Source: Paraspadella gotoi (taxonomy: Eukaryota > Animalia > Chaetognatha). From it: a DNA stretch of 39,904 nt. Shown here piece after piece: positions 23,805 to 36,265 of this stretch. A program made the position numbers and the translations under genes. The first letter of the stretch is position 1. Every line of letters begins with the position of its first letter. Below the pieces are notes generated by a model. It worked only from the letters and a program-made list of their open reading frames with translations. It was not told the origin of the DNA and searched no databases. Where the stretch lies: the NCBI GenBank assembly GCA_051294375.1, contig JBJCIZ010000290.1:1-39904 (forward strand). Reading direction: 5' to 3'.

Positions 23805-24411
23805 TAGGGTGAAGTGAAGGTTTGGAATCAAAATTTAGCAGTTATATCTTGAAAACTATCATATTAGTGAATACTAATCTGTAGTTATTTTTCTTTTTTA
23901 TAGTAGCCCAGTCAGCTTATTTTGTATGTAGTACTACCCTTATATAATGTCAAAATTTAAAAAAAATTTTTTTAAATTGTGATAAAAGATTCAGATTCCT
24001 CGTAAAAAGTTGTTAAAAGAAAATATGAACCTTTTTTAAAAATTATGTCTTTAAGTAGGTTAAAATTACAAAAAAACTATATTTTTAAGCTGGAAATTGA
24101 TAATCAGAGTCTTAAATATAGTTTTTTACATTTTTGACCAACTTAATGAAAGAATTTTTAAAAACGAATTATACTTTCTTATATCAACTTTTTGCAAGGA
24201 ATTTAAATCCGATCAGAAAATTTAAAAATTTGTATTTTGAAATTTTAGCCTATTATATACTTATTACTATATATAAATATAGCTCACTGGTACCCACTAA
24301 TGTATAAAATTAAAAAGTAAATTTACCAAAATATTTTTATTGGTATTTATTTTCATGTTCTGTATGTTAAATTTTAATTTTTTAAAATTTTATAATTTTC
24401 ACTTCACTCTA
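23805..24411. mobile_element. hAT-type MITE
   Basis: TIR TAGGGTGAAGTGAA / TTCACTTCACTCTA, exact 8-bp TSD TTGCATAA. Confidence 0.88.
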
Positions 24412-24921
24412 TTGCATAATATACAATGTATATTGATTTTTATAAATTTGAAACTATTAATTAATTTTTTAAATTTTTTTAAAGAATTTAAACAATCTTG
24501 ATAAAGACGTTCTAAGTTAGAATCTAATGGTAAAAAAAAATTGCCTCATCAATAGAAACACTCGAACTTTCGGCGATTCATTAAATATTTACTCTCTCTC
24601 TGGTAACGAGGTCTGTTCCATAGATTTGATCTTTTCATCACTTACTATTGCTCATTATTTAAATATAATATTAAATTCTTCCCCCTTGAATAAAGAATAT
24701 AGAGTAATGGATATTGGGATCACAGAGAGAGGATAGATGAGAGTGAATGGCCAATTTGGGAATTTGGAATTTGGAATTTGGAAAAAGATCAATTTCCCAA
24801 AAATTATTTGGTTTTTGTGGAGATAACGATGATGATGACGTTGATAACAACAAAGACCACAATGAGGCGACAATAAAGTCTTGGATAAACGAGAATTAGG
24901 CAACTCGGCAGTTTATGATAC

Positions 24922-26372
24922 AACAAGTTTGAGCAAACAATGTCGGATCTGCCCACGATCATTATCGGTAATTAATTAATTAATAATTAATTAATTCAAG
25001 TTAATTAATTATTTAATTAATTAATAGTTAATTTATTCAAGTTAATTATTTAATTAATTAGGCAATTAATTAATTAATTTGATCAGAAATGTTTGTTGAT
25101 TAATTGACTGATTAATTAATTATTGATTAATTAATTGACTAATTGATTAACTAACTGATTAATTATTTGATTAATACATCTTGCATTTACATTTAAAATA
25201 AAAAGAAAAAGAAGCATAATCAATTAGTGAAATAGGTTCTTTGTTTTTTCCATTTAAACTCATTCCACTGAAACGATTCCATCGAAACTTGATTTCCAGT
25301 TTAATCACATACTTTTCTACCCAAATACAAAATTTCAAGTCAATCGCCCAATCCACTCATGAGTAATTGGTATTCAAATAGTGAAATACATTTTTTTATT
25401 TTTTCCATTTAAACTCATTTCTACTCGGATGATTCCATCGAAACTTCATATACACAGTATACACTGTATTATCATACAGCTCAATCACACACTTCCCTAC
25501 CCACACACAAAATTTCATTCCAATCCATCCATCCAATCACGAGTAATTGGTGTTTTTTGCTAAGGTAGGACGGACGGACGGATGGTCGGATGGACAGACG
25601 GACGGACGGACATCATTTTTTTTTACATAATTTATCATAATTCGATGATATAAGTGAGTGCCCGACAATATTGAGGGAGCGGACCAACGGACCGACAAAG
25701 TGAATTATAGATAGAGCCAAACTTCGTCAATGGGGTGGGTCAGAAAAGAAGTTTTGATTTGGGAACCTTTTCAAATGAAACTTCATACATTTCTGAGAAA
25801 AACTTTCAATGGAGCAAAATTTTCTAAAATGGCAAGAAGCATTAGTAATTAATTTTCTAATATTTATTTATAGATAGGAAATGTCAAAAAATTTTTTTTG
25901 AATTTTTTATTTTTAAAAGCAGATTCAAATAGCTTATAAAAGTTATCTACACAAAGTATAATTCTTTTTTCAATATTTTGATGATAAGTGGGTTTAAATT
26001 AAGAAAAACCTTAAAAAATCATCATCATCATCATCATCATCCGATGATTTTAGCAGTTTTTACTAATTTTTAATATTAAAACATCAAAATTTTAAAAGTT
26101 GTTAATTATATTTTTGCTTAACTTTTTAAGCTCTATTAGAATCAATTAAAAAAACTTAAAATATCCCAAAAAAATTTTTGACATTATATAGCAATATAAT
26201 AATATTAATTAGCGAATTACTCATGGTTCGGAACATTTTTGTAAAAAAATATTTTAACACAATAATTAATACCAATAATGGATTAGTTTAATGCTGTTCC
26301 CATTAAAATTTGAATTTGGTCGGCTACCGCTATTATAGAGTCGGGATCTGCTGAAAGCAGATCCGACTAAAA
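24922..26372 (-). mobile_element. Complete HINE/DINE-1-like element with an internal insertion
   Basis: AACAAG-TTTGAGCAAAC-AAT-GTCGGATCTGC at one end and GGATCTGC-TGAAA-GCAGATCCGACTAAAA at the other, (GGAC)n, tandem ~130-bp units. Confidence 0.85.
25711..26333. mobile_element. MITE-like insertion inside the HINE
   Basis: Absent from the other HINE copies. (AT)TATAG duplicated on both sides. Weak ATAG...CTAT ends. Confidence 0.6.
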
Positions 26373-26654
26373 ATTGTAGTAGAAGAAAAGACAAGGGAAT
26401 GAGATTACAAGAGACAGAAGAAAGAGAGATATGTAGAGTAAAAGAGATAGAGAAAATAGCAAAAGATTAAGAGAAAAAATGTAAGTATTCTTTACCTGCT
26501 TGACCACTTTGGCTTGTTTCTGACACACTTACTTTCTGTTTCACTCTTTAATATTGTTCAGAAATTTTTTTCAATTATTTTAAGCAAAATATACATTATA
26601 CAACTACTAAATAGCTTTTTACCCTAAAAAAATCTTTAACATACGAAGATTTTA

Positions 26655-27040
26655 AGGTCACGTGACCAATATTGACCAATCACAGATCGCGAATGGCTAT
26701 TTTTTTATAAATTGAAAAAAAGGCGTGTGATCCCGAATATTTATTATTCAATTGCTGTTGTGAAATCAAAGCAAACTAAAAAGGGCAAAGGAAAAACCGA
26801 GAGGTAAAAGATTTTGAAAAAAAATATACGTCAGAGATCCACCTTATTGAAGAGTGATCTCGTTCCCTCTCTGCCGTCGGTTTCCTGAGGGAAGCCTCCT
26901 CTCTGATTGGTCAATCAAAAGAAAAGACGGAGAAGCCAAGAGAGACAAGCCACTTGATAATCCATTCTCTGACTATAAAAGAAGAAGTCAATGGTATTTT
27001 TGTGTATTCTCAGATTGGAAGATGTGGAATGACGTCAGTT
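26655..27040. promoter_or_regulatory. Promoter-like motif cluster
   Basis: GGTCACGTGACC palindrome, several CCAAT/ATTGG boxes, TATAAAA (~26974), TGACGTCA (~27030). No linked gene seen. Confidence 0.3.
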
Positions 27041-27692
27041 TTATAAATCCTAAGTATCGTTTCAATTGAACCTCTTATCACGGAGATAACTTTAAAAAAG
27101 TAGCAAAATTTCCCCCTTCTTTTTCAACATGTTCGCCTTTTATTATTTTCACTGATTCCGACCGCCTCTTACAAATTTATAAATCCGGTGGCTAATTTTT
27201 TCTCTTAAATTTCTTACTTGCATTTTCTTTTAAAATAAAAATTTAATTTCATTTAAACCTGATCATTTAATTTCAAAATCATTATCAAATGAAATAAGAA
27301 CAATAGGAAAAGCTCTTCAGACACAAAGCTATTGGAATCGCGAAATTCGAATTCTATCATGTAACAGGAACATAAAGCAATCCCGTTTGCAAATTTGTAA
27401 ACTTTCCCGTTCACTTCTATAGTAAATCAACAAAAAAAACAATCAATTAACCAATAATTCAATCAACCGATGAATCAGTCAATTTGATTACCGCTAAATG
27501 ATCGTAGGCAGATCTGGAATTGTTTGCTTAAACTGTTTTTTTTTTGATGATGTGCTACTCATTGTGCAATGAGCATCAGCATCCAACAGTTCTGATCAAA
27601 TTTTCCCACTCGTCAATTGTGAATGTCCAACCTACTCTAGTCAACGCTGCGCCAATCCGTTTGTTAGTCCCTTTTTCTTTTCTCCTTTTCAA

Positions 27693-27693
<1 letters not shown>

Positions 27694-27759
<66 letters not shown>
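27694..27759. repeat. (GTC)n microsatellite
   Basis: About 22 perfect units. Confidence 0.95.
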
Positions 27760-28804
27760 TCCGCCGCCTCTTTTTCATCAGGCGACACAAAAGGACGAAA
27801 GAGGCAATTTCCGGTTTCGCTTGTGGAGGCAACGAGATGTGGAGGAGGAGGAGGAGGAGGAGGAGGAGAACAGAAAAGAGAAAAAGGAGGAAAGATGAAG
27901 AAGCGAAGAGTGAGAGAAGAAAATAGAAAAGATGAAGAAAACAAAAAGGAAAAAGTTAATTTGAAAAAAATGGGAAAAAAAAAGATTCCAATTTAAGTTT
28001 TTGTAGTTTCATCTTTGTGTTCCTCTCAAACAATTATATCCATATTAAATCAAAATTCACTAATTCAACTTTTTGTACGTCCTTAGTTTCAAGGAATCAA
28101 TTAAACATTTAACATTCACTAAATTGGCTTATATTCTGGAAGACTTTGATTGGATGTTATGCCATCAACCTGTCATGACAATTTTTACAATTGTTTTCCT
28201 TATTAGGTCATTGAAAAAAAATATTATGATGTCATAGACGTTTTTCCTTTGATAAAGTTGATGTTGAAGTGACCCAGAGGAGAGAGGGTTGGATATTGAT
28301 AGCCCCCACACTTTATGTGCTCAGTGGGTCTGGGAGAATTTTCCGTCTGTTGCCTAGCTTTCGGATACGGCGGTTGGCTTGATACTCTTTTGCAAGGACC
28401 ATTCCGATCAGTGCTAGAAAATGGAACCATTGGGTTCTGAGATGAAGTGTTATGGCGTTGATGGATGGAAGAGTCATATCCAAAAGTTAATAATAATACG
28501 TCACGACAACGTTCATGATCTCATCCTCGCATCTGTTCCCCTCTACAGAGTGAGAGACGACCAGGCTGGTGATTCAGAGACGTGCAAGGGACGACTTGAG
28601 GGTTGGAGTAAGGATCCGCAATTTTAACTGCAGCCTTGAGTTGAATTCTGTGTCTGTGAAAGGTAGTTTTTTGCAGATAATACAAATAATCACAACAGAA
28701 ACAGAAACACAATCAATTAGAAACATAATCAGTTTAACTGAGCAGTAGAGCGTTCAAGGATAACAAAATATAAGATATTTAATTTCATTCATTATTGTTT
28801 TAAT

Positions 28805-28880
28805 GTATCGTTTGGCCGAGTGCTTAGCTCGCCAGATTTCAACATTACGAAGAGGTTTCAGGTTTAAATCTGGCTGAAGT
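28805..28880 (+). pseudogene. Degenerate tRNA-like / SINE head
   Basis: A-box-like TGGCCGAGTG and B-box-like GGTTTAAATC at tRNA-like spacing. No clean cloverleaf. Confidence 0.3.
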
Positions 28881-29057
28881 TATTTTTCACCTTAAGTTCA
28901 GATGTCCAAAAATTGGTCGTAGAGCAATGGCTTACCAAAGGGGGAGTAGCCATATGTGTACTTGATATCAAGACAAAAGCTCTCTTTCAAATTATCATTT
29001 GTAATCGAGTTACAGAGCTTGCCGTCTCAGAAATTCTAGATAGATGCTACTGTACAT

Positions 29058-29678
29058 TAGAGTAGAGCACTGGGGAACAAAAATTTTATTTGAGTGAACA
29101 AACATGGATATTTAGACTTGAGATAGTATAATTAAGGAGTACAAAAAATATTTTGCTTATATTGTTTGGGGAACAGTATCATTAATTACAATATATTTAT
29201 AGTAATATCCTTACAAAATCATAAATTTTCAAAATATTTTTTTTTTAATTTTTATTAAAGATTCTGATTCTTCATTTAAAGTTAGATCAAAAATATAAAA
29301 TATGTTATTAAAAATTTTAATGTCTTCAAAAATGAAAAAAAAAGTCAAATTCTTTACTTTTTCATGCTTTGTAATAGAAACTATTATATGATAAAACGTT
29401 TTAGTCATTTTTTGAAGTTTTAACCTAAAAATAGCATGTAACATATTTTACAAATGTTTTTCAGTTTTTTCCGGCGAATCCAAAACTGTTCTTAAAATTA
29501 AGAAAATATGATTTTGAAATTTTATGATTTTATAAGGATATTACTATAAAGAAAATTCAATCAATGATACTGTTATGCAATTTTTTTTTGAAAAATGGCT
29601 GCATTATTTTTTATTACATATACAAAGGCAGCAAAAAAACATTGTTCCATTGCTCAAACTTTTCATCACTCCACCCTA
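29058..29678. mobile_element. hAT-type MITE, inverted sister of 34740-35364
   Basis: TIR TAGAGTAGAG / CTCCACCCTA. Reverse-complement match over ~620 bp. Its own TSD is not preserved. Confidence 0.8.
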
Positions 29679-29684
29679 TTCAAG

Positions 29685-32003
29685 TATGTCATCCTTCAGA
29701 ATCGCCTCCCCCGCGGGGCGGCCCCGGGGGGCAAGCAAATCTTTACTGCCTGGGGGCGGCCCCCTGTAGCCTCTTTTTTGGGCCCCAAAGGGCCACTCCA
29801 GGGGGAATCCCCCAGGGGCTAGAAAAACCTTTCCCCTGGGGGCCACCACCCCCTGTGGGATGAATTTGCCTGCCCCCTGGAACGGCTCTCTCTCCCTCCT
29901 ATTTCTCTTTCCCTCTCCTCTCTCCCTCTCTCTCTCTCTTTCTCTATCTCTTTTCTTTTTTCATCTTTTATTAAAATAAAATATAAAAATAAAAAAAATA
30001 TTTTTCACTTCAATTAATCAATCAATAAACCAATAGCTGCGCCAACACCAATATGCATAATTTGGTCAACTTGCATAATTTAGTCAAATGACATAATTTG
30101 GTCAACTGACATAATTTGGTCAACTGATATAATTTGGTCAACTTTTAGAATTTGGTAAACTTTCATAACTTGGTAAACTTTCATAATTTGGTCAACTTTC
30201 ATAATTTGGTCAACTTTAACAATTTGGTCAACTGGCATAATTTGGTAATTTTTGTTATAATTTAGTCAATTTGCATAATTTTGTTAACCTTCATAATTTG
30301 GTAAACTTTTATAATTTGGTAAACTTTCATAATTTGATCAACTTTCATAATTTGGTCAACTTTAACAAATTTGGTCAACTGGCATAATTGGTCATTTTTT
30401 TAATAACTTAGTCAACTTGTATAATTTGGTCACTTGCACTAATTTGGTCAACTTGCATAATTTGGACAACTTGGATAATTTGGTCAACTTGCATAATTTG
30501 GTCAATAATCAACTTAACAATTAGCTAATTATTAATTTCATCTGTAAGAAATAGAAAGAGAGAAAGAGTGAGAAAAATTTTTTAATAAAATTCAAGTAAA
30601 TGTAACTTTTGTTTTTTCTATTAAAACTCACTTTTACTTGCACACTTTTCTACCCACAAACAAAATTTTATCTTAATTCATCTATAAAATTTTAAATAGT
30701 AGAATAAAGAGTAGGATGGTTTTTAATTTTTTAACTCACTTATAAAAAATAATTATTTAATTAATTAATTAATTATTAATATCAGTCTTTAAGTCCGTCC
30801 CACATTAGCATTAAACTCAAATTATTCGTGAATATATATATCGATTGGAATGAAATCTTGTGTGTGGGTAGAAAAGTGTGTGATTTGGTCAACTTGCATA
30901 ATTTGGTCAACTTGCATAATTTGGACAACTTGGATAATTTGGTCAACTTGCATAATTTGGTCAAAATCAACTTAACAATTAGCTAATTATATATTTCATC
31001 TGTAAGAATAGAAAGAGAGAAAGAGTGAGAAAAATTTTTTAATAAAATTCAAGTAAATGTAACTTTTGTTTTTTCTATTAAAACTCACTTTTACTTGCAC
31101 ACTTTTCTACCCACAAACAAAATTTTTATCTTAATTCATCTATAAAATTTTAAATAGTAGAATAAAGAGTAGGATGGTTTTTAATTTTTTAACTCACTTA
31201 TAAAAAATAATTATTTAATTAATAATTATGTCTTTAAGTCCTCCACATACTACAAATTATTCGTGAATATATATATGGATTGGAATGAAATCTTGTGTGT
31301 GGGTAGAAAAGTGTGTGATTGAGCTAGATATAAAATTCTGCTCACTCTCTCTCTCAAACCATCCGCCTTTCCTCAACAACATGAGTTCATCTGAGGCAAT
31401 CTACAAACTGACAATTATTAATTACAAATCTTAAATGAAAAAAAAAATTTCACGTTAACAATAATTTGAAAAAAAATGTATATTTTTTTTAGTTACATAA
31501 AACAAATCTTGAAAGATAGAGAGAGAGAAAGAGATAGAGAGAGAGAAAGAAAGAGAGAAAGAAAAAGAAAGAGAGAAAAAGAAAAAGAGAAAAAAAAAGA
31601 GAGAGAGAGAGAAAGAGAAGGAGAGAGAGAGAGAGAGAGAGAAAGAGAAAGTGTGAGAGAAAGAGAAAGAAAGAAAGAGAGAGTAACAGACAGGGATAGA
31701 TATTCTCAGATACAATAACATTGTCAGAAAGTATATTTTCATATCTAAACTTTGCTCTCTCCTTAACTCGCCCCTGGAGGAGCACTTTTTTGCTCCGCAA
31801 GGGGTTACCCCCAGGGTCAGACTTTTTTTGGCCCCAAGGGGCCGCCCCAGGGGGGTTCCCCCTGGGGCAAACATTTTGGGTCTATTAGGGGCGCCCCCTC
31901 AATGACCATTTTGCTGCTCCCCCTGGAATAGTCTGCCCACTGGGGCCGCCCCTAGAGCCACCCCGCGGGGCGGAGGATTTGGGAGATGACATATCTCACC
32001 CTA
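29685..32003. mobile_element. hAT-like element with GC-rich subterminal inverted repeats carrying minisatellite cargo
   Basis: TATGTCATC...CCCCGCGGGG at left inverted against CCCCGCGGGG...GATGACATATCTCACCCTA at right. Interior has the 18-bp minisatellite (30055-30510) and a ~450-bp tandem duplication. Confidence 0.65.
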
Positions 32004-32005
32004 TT

Positions 32006-32045
32006 GTACATGTTTCGGCTAAATTGTTAGCTTTCCTCAGTGCAA
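32006..32045 (-). ncRNA. Minimal hammerhead ribozyme, partly degenerate
   Basis: Minus strand TTGCA-CTGAGGA-A-AGCTA-loop-TAGCC-GAAAC-AT-GTA, within a pseudo-LTR remnant. Confidence 0.65.
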
Positions 32046-32183
32046 AATAAGTTGTAAAATTTTTTTACAGATTTGGTATTAATAGATAGAGAGAAAGAGA
32101 GAGAGACAAAGAGATAGAGAGAGAGGGAGAGAGAGAAAGCTTTTCAACAAAGAATTGAAAATAGGACAGTGATAGAGTGAGTA

Positions 32184-32798
32184 CTAAGGCGTAGTGAAAG
32201 TTACATACGAAAATTCTAAAAGTCAATTATGAACAACATACAATCAGTAAACATTAATTTGTAAAAAAAATTAATTTATGTTTTTTAATTTTCGCAGTAG
32301 GCTATATTTATATATAGTACTATCCTTATAAAATCGAAAAATTTTAAAATGGGCTTTTCTTAATTTTGATTGCAGATTTGAATTCCTCGTCAAAAGTTGA
32401 TAAAAGAAAATATAAATCATCTTTAAAAATTTTTCATTAAGTGGGTTAAAAATTAAAAAAACTATGTTTAATATATATAAAAGTTAATTTTCAGCTTAAA
32501 TATAGCTTTTTTCTAATTTTTGACCCACTTAATGGAGGAATTTTTCAAAAAAGAGTTAATATTTCTTTTTAACACTTTTTATGACAAATCCAAATCTGCA
32601 AAAAAATCTTTAAAAAAAACTGTTTTGAAATTTTAACATTTATTGGTTTAGTACTAGTATAATATATGCCCTACTGCGTAAATTGTAAAATTTATTATAA
32701 TTTTTTATTACATAAATGTCCATTAATAATATGTTGTTAGTTCCTCACTTTAAGAATTTTAATTAAAGTTAAATTTAGAAAATTTTACTACGCCTTAG
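32184..32798. mobile_element. MITE with 6-bp TSD
   Basis: TIR CTAAGGCGTAGT / ACTACGCCTTAG, exact TSD TGAGTA. Confidence 0.85.
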
Positions 32799-33241
32799 TG
32801 AGTACAGATAAGGACAATCAGTCATGTCAATGGAAAGATTATAAATAAACACAGGTCGACAGATCAGGTCAGATTTTTTACCGTCGTAGTTCTATTGTTG
32901 TTGTTGCTAAATCGGGAAAGATTAAAAAGGTAGGAGTGATTTCTGGGTTTTTGGGTTTTTAAAAACGTTTTTCGATTTTTAAATCGAATTTAATTAATTT
33001 AATTAATAAAATAGATATTTAATTTTTCTTTGAAGGAACGCGAAATTAAAAAAATATCTTTAGAGGGATTTGAATGTAATTGTAATTAAAAATATAATTA
33101 AAAATTTAATTGTAATCTGCTTGTTGGTTAGGCAGCAATCTTGAAATAAATATCTTAATTTTACATAGTTAAATTAAAATTTAAAAAATATCAACGGCTT
33201 CAACGGAATCGTCACGAGCTCTACGTTCCAGACCTGAGCAC

Positions 33242-34204
33242 TAGAGCGTTGAAAAATAACAAATATAACAAATCAAGTGAGGTACATAGCTATTTAGTGT
33301 AAGTATGTCTGTAGATTGATGATGACCATTTTTTGTATAATTTTATCTTTCTTGTCGGAAATGACGGTTTTTAATGTATAATAAATTGTTATAAATTAGC
33401 AAAACCATTATAAGTTATGATAAACCAAATTATTAAATTTTATAAAATTTATATGAGCTTTTGAAATATAAAATAAAGACTTATAAAATATTTTGGTAAG
33501 TTTTTCTAAATTTTATGTTTTATAAAAAGTTAGTTAACTATATTTATTAATAATTATGAGTAAAAATTAGGTTAAAGTTAAAAAATAATATTTCACATTT
33601 TTTTTCATGGATTTGCATTCTTTGCAAAAAGTTGATATAAGAAAATAAATTTTTATATCAAAATTATGTCATTAAGTTGGTCAAAATTCAGAAAAAACTA
33701 TAATTTTAAGCCAAAAATTGAAAAATTAAACAAATAATAGTTTTTAATATTTTTAACCTACTTAATGAAAGAATTTTTAAAATGGATTATACTTTCTTTT
33801 ATATCAACTTTAGTAAGGAATTCAAATCCGGTTTTAAAATTTTTATTTTTTTATTTTTTTACTTTAGCTTATTTTTTATTATTATTTATTAATAAATATA
33901 GCTAACAAACTATTAATAAAATATAAAATAAACTTACCAAAATATTTATATGTGTTTTTATTTTCATATTATGTAAGTTAAATATGGCTTTTATAAAATC
34001 TTAATAATTTGAGTTTCTTATACTCTACAATGTTTGCTCCATTTTAATAGCACCTTATATGCTGCAAAAATCGCCATTTCCGACAAAAAAGATGAGACTA
34101 TACAAAAAAATGGTTATCATCATCGAATTCTACAGACTTTATTACATCAAAATAGCTATGTACCTCACTTGATTTGTTATATTTCGTTATTTTTCAACGC
34201 CCTA
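33242..34204. mobile_element. hAT-type foldback MITE
   Basis: Long TIR starting TAGAGCGTTGAAAAATAAC, exact 8-bp TSD CTGAGCAC. Confidence 0.9.
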
Positions 34205-34739
34205 CTGAGCACATATAATTCCATTTTTAATTTGATTTGGGAAACGAAACTTCATTTTTAAAATAATCAAGCAATTCTCTATCGTCCGAAATAAAATAAA
34301 ATATGCTTATAAAACTTACTTTTCATATTATAGCAACTTCCGATTCGAAGTTCAATATGACATATTTTAAATGTATTGGAATCAAAGGATGAAAGAGAAA
34401 AATGCTGACAGCCGAGGAGCCTTAAAAAAGAGAAACAAGAAGAAATATGTAGAAAGAGGGTGAGCGGGGTTGGGGGGAAGAAAGAGTCAAAGAGAAAGTC
34501 AGAAAGTATGACTTGAAACAGGAATCATGCGTTGGCGATCCCAAGTCATTAAGCCGAAGTCTGAGGGCAAAATGCTTCAAGTTGAGGGTCAGAAAACACG
34601 AAAAAGATGAAACGATGAAAGGAAGAATAGAAGGAGAAAGAAGAAAGAAAAGACTAAATTACTTAAAATAAAATGATTAAATAAGAAGTAAAAAATTAAA
34701 GAAAATATGAAATATGAAAATTAAAAATGAACTGAACAA

Positions 34740-35364
34740 TAGGGTGGAGTGATGAAAAGATTGAGCGATGGAACAATGTTTTTTTGCTGCCTTTGTATGT
34801 GTAATATAAAATAATTAAGCCGTTTTTCAAAAAAAATTGCATAACAGTATCATTAATTGAATTTTTTTATAGTAATATCCTTATAAAATCATAAAATTTC
34901 AAAATCATATTTTCTTAATTTTAAGAACAGTTTTGGATTCGCCGGAAAAAACTGAAAAACATTTGTAAAATATGTTACATGATATTTTTAGGTTAAAGCT
35001 GCGAAAAATGACCAAAACGTTTTATCATATAATAGTTTCTACAACAAAATGTAAAAAAGAGGAGAATTTGATTTTTTTTCCATTTTTGATGCTGAAGACA
35101 TTGAAATTTTTTATTTTTATTTTATATTTTTGATCTAACTTTTTATGAAGAATCAGAATCTTTAATAAAAAATTTTTTAAAAAATTATTTTGAAAATTTT
35201 TGATTTTATAAGAATATTACTATAAATATATTGTAATTAATGATACTGTTCCCCAAACAATATAAGCAAAATATTTTTTATACTCCTTAATCATACTATA
35301 TCACGTCTAAATATCCATGTTTGATCATTCAAATAAATTTTATGTTCCCCAGTGCTCCACTCTA
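34740..35364. mobile_element. hAT-type MITE
   Basis: TIR TAGGGTGGAG / CTCCACTCTA, TSD CTGAACAA / CTAAACAA (1 mismatch). Confidence 0.85.
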
Positions 35365-35367
35365 CTA

Positions 35368-35783
35368 AACAAGTTAGAGCAAACAATGTCGGATCTGCCT
35401 ACGATAATTAAGTGGTAGTAAGCTAACTTGGTCAACTTGCATAATTTAATCAACTTGCATAATTTAGTCAACTGACATAATTTGGTTAACTGACATAATT
35501 TTATCTACTGATATAATTTGGTCAACTGACATAATTTGGTCAACTGACTTAATTTGTTTAACTGACATAATTTGGTTAACTGACATAATTTGTTCAACTG
35601 ACATAATTTGGTCAACTGACATAATTTGGTCAACTGGCATAATTTTATCAACTGGCATAATTTTGTCAACTGGCATTATTTGGTCAACTGGCATAATTTG
35701 GTCAACCGGCATACTTTGGTCAACTTGCAGAATTTGGTCAAGTCAACTGGCATATTTTTGTCTATTGGCATAATTTGTCAATC

Positions 35784-35840
<57 letters not shown>

Positions 35841-35954
35841 CAATCCACAGAGAGATAGAGAGAAAGAAACTTTAAAAATTCAAATAAATGTGTCTTTGGT
35901 TTTTTAATTTGAACTCTTTTCCACTCCTACGATTCCATCAAAAAATTTATATCC
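35368..35954 (-). mobile_element. HINE 3' end with 18-bp minisatellite and (TCAA)n
   Basis: AACAAGTTAGAGCAAACAATGTCGGATCTGCC, then 18-bp array 35425-35780 and (TCAA)n to ~35845. Confidence 0.75.
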
Positions 35955-36014
35955 TAAGTTGTAGTTCATTCAATAAGCGATGTCGCCGGCGATTCACGCA
36001 CGAGTTGCAGGTGT

Positions 36015-36262
36015 GGATATAAATTTTTTGATGGAATCGTAGATGGAAAAGAGTTCAAATTAAAAACCAAAGACACATTATTTGAATTTTTTAAAGTTTC
36101 TTTCTCCTATCTCTCTGATTGATTGATGATGATGATTGATGATTGATTGATGGATTGATTGACAAATTATGCAATAGACAAAAATATGCAGTTGACCAAA
36201 ATTCTGAAAGTTGACCAAATTATCGCAGTTGACCAAATTCTGTAAGTTGACCAAATGCCGTT
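36015..36262. repeat. Fold-back copy of ~35690-35954
   Basis: Deletion-rich reverse complement separated by a 60-bp spacer. Confidence 0.85.
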
Positions 36263-36265
36263 GAA

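Noticed and set aside
27544-27996. Poly-V/poly-T/poly-G protein
   Set aside because: ORFs are held open by (GTC)n and (GGA)n repeats; no domain or splice evidence.
28224-28712. Host exon
   Set aside because: All frames are interrupted and no family is recognisable.
29058-35364. One 6.3-kb transposon with 620-bp TIRs
   Set aside because: Each arm has its own short TIRs and the right arm has its own TSD, so they are two separate MITEs.
35464-35712. MPVDQI repeat protein
   Set aside because: Translation of the 18-bp minisatellite.
35955-36014. Sequencing adapter as hairpin spacer
   Set aside because: Does not match adapters I know, and a diverged genomic copy exists at 14203.
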